64,000 bases of DNA from an uncultured Gammaproteobacteria bacterium (GCA_964425075.1 CAYRKM010000002.1:64058-128057); one strand, 5' to 3'; shown: positions 35,669 through 42,693, numbered from the stretch's first letter. Notes: generated by a model not told the origin, from the sequence alone. Program-made: numbers and translations.

Positions 35669-36076
35669 CTACATTGCAGCCAAAACTGCACCCATCAAAA
35701 CCAATGTTACCAATTGATAACTTGCATTTATCCAATACAAATTCAATGATTTTCCCTCATAAAGAACTGAGCTAATCATGATTGTTGCAACAAATCCAAG
35801 CCACACCCAAAATCCAACTATAGCACCGCTCATTATGTCCATTGCACCCGCAAATGAAATAATGTTTGAGAGAACATAGGCAGTAATTATAGAGGCAACA
35901 GCTTGTACTCCATAAATCATTGGCATATTAGTCTTTGAACCATTCATTTTTTTTCGACTTATACCAGTTAACTTCATCCATTGTTTACCAAATCCAGCTG
36001 GAGAGTACCAAAAAGTTCCAAGCGCCATAGCAATCACTGCAGAAATAATAACAGCAACCCAATTTGTGTCCATCAT
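35669..36076 (-). CDS. DUF1761-family membrane protein
   Basis: 135 aa, 4 TM helices. The N-terminal WVAVIISAVIAMALGTFWYSP..FGKQW is typical of DUF1761. Confidence 0.65.
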   Translation of the reverse strand: MMDTNWVAVIISAVIAMALGTFWYSPAGFGKQWMKLTGISRKKMNGSKTNMPMIYGVQAVASIITAYVLSNIISFAGAMDIMSGAIVGFWVWLGFVATIMISSVLYEGKSLNLYWINASYQLVTLVLMGAVLAAM

Positions 36077-36207
36077 ATAACTTCACCTCCCCTCACATTT
36101 CAGATACTTTTAAAGTATCACCATAAGAGTTATGAAGTCAAATGCCTAAAACATGAGTAGATACTTCAATTTATGTTAAAAAACAATAACTCTGATATAA
36201 TGCTGCA

Positions 36208-36699
36208 ATGACTGAATTTGACCCTAAAAGAACTGGACCTGACCAAACTCCGCACTCACTTACACCAGAAAAGGTGAAAAGACTATTACCTCAAGGCGAT
36301 AGATTTAGATTTGTGAGTGAAGTTTTAGAGTATGAACCAGGGAAGCGGATCCTTGCAAGATTGGCAGATTTGGAAGGGCCTGAATTTGACTACCTAAAGG
36401 ATCACATGCCCGGAAACCCATTTATTCCAGGAACCATTCTCCAAGAAGCACTGGAACAAGCAGGAAGTTTGATTATAGCTGACTCTATTCCAGAAAATAG
36501 TTTTGCATTTCTCCGAGGAATTGATAAGTTTAGATGGTATGGATTTGTTGGGCTCGATGAGGAAGTGCTACTTGAAGCCAAAATAATCACGTTGAGATCC
36601 AATGCCGGGAAGGCTTCGCTAACAGCAACGAGGAGTGGTGAAATTGTGGCTTCAGGGCGAGTAATATTTGGTATTGGAGAAAAACCTCAGCTTGCTTAA
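36208..36699 (+). CDS. FabZ/FabA-like hotdog-fold dehydratase
   Basis: LPQGDRFRFVSEV and DHMPGNPFIPGTILQEALEQAG match the FabZ active-site region pattern (H...P..PG....E). TGATATAAT ends 6 nt before the ATG. Confidence 0.7.
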   Translation: MTEFDPKRTGPDQTPHSLTPEKVKRLLPQGDRFRFVSEVLEYEPGKRILARLADLEGPEFDYLKDHMPGNPFIPGTILQEALEQAGSLIIADSIPENSFAFLRGIDKFRWYGFVGLDEEVLLEAKIITLRSNAGKASLTATRSGEIVASGRVIFGIGEKPQLA

Positions 36700-36803
36700 G
36701 ACTTTTTTTAACATATTTGACCTTAAGTCTTCTAGACTGAGATTTTCAACAAAATCTTGCTACATAATTTTTTTCTAAGGATTAAAAATAAAGCCTATAA
36801 TAC

Positions 36804-36832
36804 TTGACATTTTGAACATCTCGTGCTAATAT
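36804..36832 (+). promoter_or_regulatory. near-consensus sigma-70 promoter for the G+C-rich RNA island
   Basis: TTGACA (36804-36809), a 17-nt spacer ending in TGC, then TAATAT (36827-36832), giving an extended -10. Confidence 0.65.
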
Positions 36833-36838
36833 GCGCCT

Positions 36839-37310
36839 ATTCTGACTGATGGAAGTTTGAAGTGGTCAGCACTTATGTGTCTGAGCAGGGAGAACCTCCA
36901 AAGGTCTAGGAAGGACGGTTCGTTGAAACAGGTGGATAGCTAGCCGGCTTCGGCCGGATCCGGTGAAGGACCGGAAATGCAGCATGCTTGTGGAAGTCGG
37001 TCCCGGAAGGGATGACAACCACGCAGCCCGGGTGAAACCGGGTACGGAAAGGAGCAAGCCACATATGCTTGCGACCAGCACCGGACGGATGCTAAAGTTC
37101 GACGCGATCGACACCGCCGACCCGAACGACGTCATCGTCGGCTACTCGCCCACCCCGGATGGGGTCAACGGCACGTAGCTCGCCGCGACCGTCCCGAACG
37201 CTGCTAGACCGCTAGCCTAGAGAGGGAAACCTTTCTTTGCTAGCCAAAGCTAGCGCCACGTTCACCGCCCCCCGTCTTGGCACTGCCAAGTCGGGGGGCA
37301 ACTCTTTTCC
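36839..37310 (+). ncRNA. unclassified G+C-rich, hairpin-dense RNA candidate (~470 nt)
   Basis: It lies between a consensus promoter and a terminator. At least 9 local hairpins are present, including C(UUCG)G at 36944-36957, a GGAA loop at 37001-37012, a GUGAAA loop at 37027-37042 and a GAAA loop at 37221-37234. Long-range complementarity links 36903-36918 with 37189-37210. No downstream same-strand gene follows. Confidence 0.55.
37268..37310 (+). terminator. intrinsic-terminator-like hairpin ending the G+C-rich island
   Basis: CCCCCCGTCTTGGC/GCCAAGTCGGGGGG stem (13 bp, 1 mismatch, 3-nt loop), followed by a CTCTTTTCC T-tract. Confidence 0.55.
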
Positions 37311-37350
37311 TCTCCAAAAAAAATTCTTGAGAAATTAAATTAGAGACAAT

Positions 37351-37491
37351 GATGTGCCTGCACTGTGCAAGAAGTGTTACGTTGTGAAACAAAGTCTCGA
37401 AGTGCTTTCATCGATCAAGAAGTGCTTGCGCTGAACGAAATGGAAGCCTGCACTGAATGAAGTTGAGGTGCTTGCACTGAACGTAGTGAAG
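37351..37491 (-). repeat. tRNA-trailer repeat array downstream of tRNA-Leu(CAG)
   Basis: On the minus strand it reads CTTCACTACGTTCAGTGCAAGCACCTCAACTTCATTCAGTGCAGGC..., with 4-5 boxes of the AGTGCWWGCACT family that degenerate with distance. Confidence 0.8.
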
Positions 37492-37574
37492 TGCCCGAAA
37501 AAGGAGTCGAACCTTCACACCCATAAGGGCACAGCGTTCTGAACACTGCGTGTCTACCATTCCACCATTCGGGC
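37492..37574 (-). tRNA. tRNA-Leu (CAG)
   Basis: Hand-folded class II tRNA. Anticodon arm CAGTG-TTCAGAA-CGCTG, long variable arm, T-loop TTCGACT. Confidence 0.9.
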
Positions 37575-37718
37575 AACAAACATATTGTAACAGAGACAAT
37601 TTATATCATAATTACTCAATTTCAAAGAAAAAAATTTGCCTGTAAATATTACCTTTAGACTATCTTATCAATCCAAACAGCACTTGACCAGAATTTTTTT
37701 TTATGGTTCTATAGAAAG

Positions 37719-38351
37719 ATGCAAGACAGGGTAAACACTAATTCCTCTAATTTTGAAAGCAAAAGCAATTCATCTCTTAAAAAGGTTTTGTTAGTAAGCA
37801 TTTATTTATCAGCCATTCCAATATTTATCGTTTTTGTAATGCTGTTTTCTCTTTACGCAAAGTACGACGTCAATGGATATATTTCTCGTCAGAATATTTC
37901 CCTTAATTACCGAGCTTTACCTGAAAATAGTAATAATAGTACTGTTTCTCTTGAAGCAGACGACGCTAGAATTCAAGCTCTCGAGGAGTTATTTGATACT
38001 TATGACTCACCTCTAGTTGGTCATGCAGCAAAAATAGTAGAAGAGGCTGATAAGCACAATATAGACTATAGACTTTTACCCTCAATCGCTATGCAAGAAA
38101 GCACTTTGTGTAAAAAAATTATAAAAGACTCTCATAATTGCTGGGGTTTTGGAATTTATGGAGGAAAAGTAACAAAATTTGATAACTATAATGAGGCAAT
38201 AGAAACTGTAACAAGAACATTATCCAAAAAATATGTTCAAGCTGGACTTGAAGAACCACATGAAATTGTAGAGAAATATACGCCATCTGATGACGGAAAA
38301 TGGGCAAATGTAGTCAATATGATGATGGAAACTATCAAAAACTCACTTTAA
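37719..38351 (+). CDS. membrane-anchored lysozyme-superfamily peptidoglycan hydrolase-like protein (paralog 1)
   Basis: 210 aa, N-terminal TM. IVEEADKHNIDYRLLPSIAMQEST...HNCWGFG resembles the SLT/glucosaminidase catalytic-Glu region. It is a paralog of the next CDS. Confidence 0.55.
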   Translation: MQDRVNTNSSNFESKSNSSLKKVLLVSIYLSAIPIFIVFVMLFSLYAKYDVNGYISRQNISLNYRALPENSNNSTVSLEADDARIQALEELFDTYDSPLVGHAAKIVEEADKHNIDYRLLPSIAMQESTLCKKIIKDSHNCWGFGIYGGKVTKFDNYNEAIETVTRTLSKKYVQAGLEEPHEIVEKYTPSDDGKWANVVNMMMETIKNSL

Positions 38352-38427
38352 TAGCCTCAAAAGCACATTTGCATCCCGTAGTATACCCCTTGACAAACCC
38401 ATAGTGTAATGATATACTTCGTACTAG

Positions 38428-38465
38428 ATCCTAAGGTAGCCCAAAACTACTTTAGGATTTTTTTT
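38428..38465 (+). terminator. intrinsic terminator between the two hydrolase-like paralogs
   Basis: 12-bp stem (38428-38439 with 38447-38458, one G-U pair), 7-nt loop, then a run of 8 T. Confidence 0.7.
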
Positions 38466-38538
38466 GCCTAAAAAACTTAGGTAATTCTTCTCATTAATTT
38501 CCCCAAATCGGCCGAGAGTAAGACTCGACCCATATCTA

Positions 38539-39129
38539 ATGCAACTTATAAAGGTTACATTAAATATGAAAAGATATATTTTACCTATTATACTTTTGGC
38601 TTTTGCCAACGCAGCTATGCCATGGGCCCTTATGCCTAGGGTGTATCAAGCCTACGCGAAAGATACTGCATATACAAATGCGGAACTTTCTGTGGCTTTA
38701 AAAAATACTTCAGGAAATGACATGCGTGTTGATGCTTTGAGAATTATTTTTGAAAAGCGCAACTCTCCTTTAGTGCCTTATGCTAAGGCATATGTAGAAC
38801 TTGCTGATAAGCACGGTGTTGACTGGAAACTTTTACCTGCTATTTCAGGTCTTGAATCCTCATTTGGTATTCATTTAATGCCTGGCTCCCACAATGGTTA
38901 TGGGTGGGGTGGTGGACATATCTACTTCTCGTCTTGGGAAGAGGGTATTGATACTATTAACAAGGCTCTTGCTGAAAAGTATTATGGCCGTGGGGCAAAT
39001 ACTGTATGGAAAATTGGTCCTATTTATGCTGAGTCGCCTACTTGGGCTGTGAGAGTAAATAGCTTTATGGAGCAAATTGAGGCCGAGCATAACAAATTGC
39101 AAAACTCTAAGCTTGCCTTGACTATTTAA
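38539..39129 (+). CDS. secreted lysozyme-superfamily peptidoglycan hydrolase-like protein (paralog 2)
   Basis: YVELADKHGVDWKLLPAISGLESSFG...HNGYGWGG parallels paralog 1. The start is probably the ATG at 38566 (MKRYILPIILLAFANA signal peptide). Confidence 0.55.
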   Translation: MQLIKVTLNMKRYILPIILLAFANAAMPWALMPRVYQAYAKDTAYTNAELSVALKNTSGNDMRVDALRIIFEKRNSPLVPYAKAYVELADKHGVDWKLLPAISGLESSFGIHLMPGSHNGYGWGGGHIYFSSWEEGIDTINKALAEKYYGRGANTVWKIGPIYAESPTWAVRVNSFMEQIEAEHNKLQNSKLALTI

Positions 39130-39170
39130 GGATAGCCTCAAACCCTCTTTTAGAGTATAATTGCCATATT

Positions 39171-39253
39171 GCCCGAGTGGTGAAATGGTATACACGCTAG
39201 TTTTAGGAACTAGTACCCTTACAGGTGTGGAGGTTCGAGTCCTCTCTCGGGCA
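39171..39253 (+). tRNA. tRNA-Leu (TAG)
   Basis: Hand-folded class II tRNA. Anticodon arm CTAGT-TTTAGGA-ACTAG, long variable arm, T-loop TTCGAGT. Confidence 0.9.
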
Positions 39254-39352
39254 CTTCACTACGTTCAGTGCAAGCACCTCAACTTCATTCAGTGCAGGCT
39301 TCCATTTCGTTCAGTGCAAGTACTTCGGGGCCTTGTTTCTCAGCGCTTGCAC
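39254..39352 (+). repeat. tRNA-trailer repeat array downstream of tRNA-Leu(TAG)
   Basis: The first 72 nt (39254-39325) match the reverse complement of 37420-37491 at all but 2 positions. Four boxes of the AGTGCWWGCACT family are present. Confidence 0.85.
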
Positions 39353-39387
39353 AAAAAATACCTATTCTCTTGCACCCATAATTTCGC

Positions 39388-40341
39388 TTGTGTTACGCTA
39401 AATACATGGTATTTCTTCAGGCTTTAGTGCTGCTTGGCTCTTTTGTAACCATTTGGTATGGGGCAGGACTTATTGTTGCTTCTGCGAATAAATTTGCGCA
39501 CAAAATACGAATTTCATCATTTGCTTTTTCTTTCCTTGTATTAGGAATTCTTACGTCAACACCTGAGTTTGGTGTCGGCGTAACTGCTGTTGCTGAAAAT
39601 AGCCCCGAAATATTTATCGGAAACCTAATCGGAGGAATACCCGTGCTTTTTCTCTTTGTAATACCAATCCTTGCTATCTTTGGGAGGGGAATAAACCTCA
39701 AAAATAAAATTAATCCCAAAAATCTTTTCTTCTCATTTATTGTTATGCTTCTGCCTGCTTTTTTTATAATCGATAAAGAGGTTACAAATTTTGAGGCTAT
39801 TATTATGATAGGTGCATACTTAGCCCTAGCTTATTCTATTCAGAAAAGTCACGGTTTTCTGGATGCAAATAATAGAAATATTCTTCACATAAAGTCATAC
39901 TCAACACAGGATATTTTAAAGATTCTCTATGGGGTTGGACTTGTTTTTGTTGCAAGTCACTATATTGTTGACGGGACTCGATTTTTTGCGGATCAATTAC
40001 AGGTATCGACATTTTATATCAGCCTTATTTTGCTCTCGATTGGTACTAATTTGCCAGAATTATCGCTTGCAATAAGAAGTATCATCTCGGGCAACAAAGA
40101 TGTAGCATTTGGAGACTATGTAGGCTCTGGAGCTGCTAATACCGTGCTCTTTGGGATATTTACACTTTTAACGCATGGTAACGTCTTGACGGTTAATCAT
40201 TTTCTTCCAGCCTTTATCCTGATGGGTGTAGGGCTTGGACTATTTTATGTATTCGCACGCTCAAAAGACATTATTTCTCAAAAGGAGGGGCTAGCTCTTT
40301 TTGCAGTATATATACTTTTTCTTATTCTTGAATTAAGTTAA
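39388..40341 (+). CDS. CaCA-family cation/Ca2+ exchanger (YrbG-like)
   Basis: About 10 TM helices. Two alpha-repeat motifs (GILTSTPEF and SIGTNLPEL) are followed by GNLIGG and GSGAANT. Confidence 0.8.
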   Translation: MCYAKYMVFLQALVLLGSFVTIWYGAGLIVASANKFAHKIRISSFAFSFLVLGILTSTPEFGVGVTAVAENSPEIFIGNLIGGIPVLFLFVIPILAIFGRGINLKNKINPKNLFFSFIVMLLPAFFIIDKEVTNFEAIIMIGAYLALAYSIQKSHGFLDANNRNILHIKSYSTQDILKILYGVGLVFVASHYIVDGTRFFADQLQVSTFYISLILLSIGTNLPELSLAIRSIISGNKDVAFGDYVGSGAANTVLFGIFTLLTHGNVLTVNHFLPAFILMGVGLGLFYVFARSKDIISQKEGLALFAVYILFLILELS

Positions 40342-40383
40342 TATTCTTTACAAACTTATCAATCCCCCCTATAATATCAACTT

Positions 40384-41244
40384 ATGGCTGAAACAAAAGC
40401 ACCCAAAACTACAAAACCAACCGAGGGAATTACAAGAAAACCCGATGGAACTATCGAGCTTACTGTTGTTATTCCTTGGTCAACGGCTTTAAAGGCACGA
40501 GAGGAAATAGAGGAGGATCTTCTTAAACACGTACAAGTTGCAGGCTTTAGAAAAGGTGCCGCTCCCAAAAATATTGCTAAAGGAAAACTAAATCCGGAGT
40601 TGGTTAGGGAAGAAATGCTTAAAAAGCTTATCGGAAAAGCATATAACGAAGCAGTAGAAAAGGAAAAACTTGTTCCTATTATTTCCCCAAGAATTCATAT
40701 AGACGTCTTTGAGGAAGGAACTGATATTGTATTTACAGCGGAAACTTGCGAAGAGCCTCAGGTTGAGCTTGGCAAATATAAAGACGACATACAGAAAGTG
40801 ACAGCGAAAGGTAAAATTATTGTACCCGGAAAAGAAGAAGAAAAGCCCTCCGTAGACGAGATACTTACCGCAGGTATTTCAGGAACAAAAATACAAATTC
40901 CCAATGTATTGGTAGAAAATGAAATCTCAAGACTTTTATCTCAAATGCTTGATGAGCTGAAGAAAATTGGCCTTACGCTTGATCAATATTTAGAATCTCG
41001 CAAACTTAATCCTGAACAACTTAGAGAAGAGTATAAAAATAAAGCTGAAAATGACCTTAAATTAGAATTCTTTTTAAGAAAAGTTGCAGATAGTGAGAAA
41101 ATAACTGTTGAAAAAGAGGATATTGAAAAGGCCCTAAACACTATAGAAAATCCAAAAGAACGTGAAGAAATTATGAAAAACCCATATCTTGTCGCCTCAA
41201 TTATAAGACAGCAAAAAACCCTCGATTTTCTTACGAAACTTTAG
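40384..41244 (+). CDS. tig: trigger factor, short form lacking a recognisable PPIase domain
   Basis: The ribosome-binding signature GFRKGAAP sits in the N-terminal domain. The protein is 286 aa in total and goes straight into the helical C-terminal arm region. Confidence 0.75.
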   Translation: MAETKAPKTTKPTEGITRKPDGTIELTVVIPWSTALKAREEIEEDLLKHVQVAGFRKGAAPKNIAKGKLNPELVREEMLKKLIGKAYNEAVEKEKLVPIISPRIHIDVFEEGTDIVFTAETCEEPQVELGKYKDDIQKVTAKGKIIVPGKEEEKPSVDEILTAGISGTKIQIPNVLVENEISRLLSQMLDELKKIGLTLDQYLESRKLNPEQLREEYKNKAENDLKLEFFLRKVADSEKITVEKEDIEKALNTIENPKEREEIMKNPYLVASIIRQQKTLDFLTKL

Positions 41245-41365
41245 ATTCTTGCATAATTCTGTCTTTTTTATTTAAGAATTTCTGATACAATTGAGAAAAG
41301 TACTGCCACTTAGAATAAATTAATATAGGTTGATTTTTGAGCTTAAATCACATATAATTTAGGTT

Positions 41366-42028
41366 ATGAAACGGCAGGGGACAACCCCAAAATTTAAATA
41401 CACTGGTGAAGAAAGGGTTCGCTCTGAGGGAAGTGACTTGCTTGAGAGATTTTTCAAAACCGCAAAAACCGCAACTGAGGCTAAGAAAGTAGTAAGCGGT
41501 GTTCAGTCTGAGGCTAAAAAAAGCTTAGAAACCGCAGCTTTTCAGCTTTTTGGTGTATCTAGAGAGCTTAAGTCTGGACAAGAAGTAAAACTTCAACACG
41601 ACAATGAGGGAAAAGCCCCACATGAAGCAAAACCACAAGTAACTGAGGCTTTTCTTGAATATAGAGCTTCTCTTAGCAAACCAGAGTCCAGAAAGGACAG
41701 AGAGGCTCAGACTGAAATAAGTCAGCAAATTGAAATGGTTTTGGCCGAACTTCGCAACCTAAAAGAATCTTCCGACGAACTAAATGCCGCTTTTAAAGAT
41801 GTTGTTGTGGATGAAGTTCCTGAAAAACCAGGTATTTACCACCTAAGATTCTTTGAGGGATTTTTGAAAATGATAATGAAATTAAGAGAAAAAGTAGACG
41901 ATGCATCCATCTTTGCTAAGCTTTTTAGAAGCCGAAAGCAGGAAAGAAGATACTCATCTATGGCCAAAAAGAGTGGCACAAGCTTTACGCTTCACCACGA
42001 TAGAGCTGTAGCAACCCAAAGCGGATAA
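41366..42028 (+). CDS. hypothetical protein
   Basis: 220-aa ORF. TATAAT (41353-41358) ends 7 nt before the ATG. No family recognised. Confidence 0.55.
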   Translation: MKRQGTTPKFKYTGEERVRSEGSDLLERFFKTAKTATEAKKVVSGVQSEAKKSLETAAFQLFGVSRELKSGQEVKLQHDNEGKAPHEAKPQVTEAFLEYRASLSKPESRKDREAQTEISQQIEMVLAELRNLKESSDELNAAFKDVVVDEVPEKPGIYHLRFFEGFLKMIMKLREKVDDASIFAKLFRSRKQERRYSSMAKKSGTSFTLHHDRAVATQSG

Positions 42029-42180
42029 CTTCCCCAATAATATTGACAAGCAGGCAGTTTCGTTGTTAAATATAATTTATTCTATGAATAAAAACCTTTA
42101 CCACATTGCTATGGTGCTCCTTCTAGGAGTGTAGTAGTGTGGGAGGAAGAGTGATCTAAAACACAAAAAATATTTATAAA

Positions 42181-42204
42181 CCTCCCACCAGGGGAGGTTT
42201 TTTT
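42181..42204 (+). terminator. intrinsic terminator (possibly bidirectional) in the leader of the micro-ORF cluster
   Basis: CCTCCC-ACCAG-GGGAGG followed by T7. An upstream A-run (ACACAAAAAA) complements the T-run. GTGGGAGG at 42139-42146 can alternatively pair with CCTCCCAC at 42181-42188. Confidence 0.6.
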
Positions 42205-42228
42205 GTGTGTAAAAAGGAGGTGAAAAAT

Positions 42229-42351
42229 ATGAGAGAAAATAAATTTACAGATGTATCTGAGACAGTGCAGGCTTTGCCTGTCATATTTAAAGTGCAAGAA
42301 AACTCTCAATTCAAAACATGTTTGAACGAAATAATTTTCCTAAAAATTTAG
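42229..42351 (+). CDS. 40-aa micro-ORF with perfect SD (not in ORF track)
   Basis: AAAGGAGGTGA lies 6 nt upstream of the ATG. Translation: MRENKFTDVSETVQALPVIFKVQENSQFKTCLNEIIFLKI. It overlaps the next ORF in a different frame. Confidence 0.4.
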   Translation: MRENKFTDVSETVQALPVIFKVQENSQFKTCLNEIIFLKI

Positions 42352-42533
42352 ACTTTCTCCCGTTGGAAGAAAGAGAAGCGTTGAGAGCATGCGGACGACT
42401 AGTTGAAGGAGATTTTGGTGGTGAGGAACCTATAAGAGTATTTGAAAGCTCAACCAATTCTTGGGAAACTAGAGAGGTTACACGTTTCGTAGCGCTGGAA
42501 AACGGTGTGCCAGTTACAATTTTTTCCTTATGA
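42318..42533 (+). CDS. 71-aa hypothetical ORF (no SD of its own)
   Basis: Track ORF. Its frame is open from 42291 and overlaps the 42229 ORF by 34 nt. It may be the 3' part of one frameshifted gene. Confidence 0.4.
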   Translation: MFERNNFPKNLDFLPLEEREALRACGRLVEGDFGGEEPIRVFESSTNSWETREVTRFVALENGVPVTIFSL

Positions 42534-42536
42534 TAC

Positions 42537-42565
42537 TTGACATAGTATTCGGAAGTTATTAGAAT
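42537..42565 (+). promoter_or_regulatory. sigma-70-type promoter
   Basis: TTGACA (42537-42542), 17-nt spacer, TAGAAT (42560-42565). Confidence 0.55.
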
Positions 42566-42616
42566 AGATTTTATGCAAAACCAGGTAAAACTATTTTCGT
42601 TTTACTTTACCTTCGC

Positions 42617-42693
42617 CTAGCGGAGGTTGGTTTTCATTGTAAAAATTAACCTCCGAAGACTCGAACAGTCGAGTCGCTAGCGGAGGTTTTTTT
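42617..42693 (+). promoter_or_regulatory. terminator/antiterminator-like leader
   Basis: CTAGCGGAGGTT occurs twice (42617-42628 and 42677-42688). Either copy can pair with AACCTCCG (42648-42655). The second pairing encloses hairpin 42658-42675 and is followed by a T-run. Confidence 0.55.

Noticed and set aside
36866-37178. Track ORFs of 71 aa (plus, 36963-37178) and 89 aa (minus, 36866-37135) in the G+C-rich island
   Set aside because: Both are typical long-frame artefacts of G+C-rich sequence. The minus-strand frame inherits GC3 bias from the complementary frame and encodes a low-complexity S/L/P string. Only the 3' 37-codon part of the plus frame has an SD and is discussed as a finding.
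36839-37310. G+C-rich RNA island as RNase P RNA, tmRNA or SRP RNA
   Set aside because: TAGGAAGGACGG and GGGTGAAACCGGG loosely recall RNase P CR-I and P10-12. However, the near-invariant GAGGAAAGUCC and ACA(G/A)AA..GGCUUA P4 strands are absent. No tRNA-like acceptor or T-arm is present, and there is no ..LAA-type tag for a tmRNA. The GGAA-capped helix at 36990-37022 has SRP helix-8-like shape but lacks the AGCA/GGA loop nucleotides. I have left it unclassified pending covariance-model searches.
42291-42351. Programmed -1 ribosomal frameshift joining the 40- and 71-codon ORFs
   Set aside because: There is no X_XXY_YYZ slippery heptamer in the overlap and no obvious downstream pseudoknot. An indel or two separate ORFs is more parsimonious.
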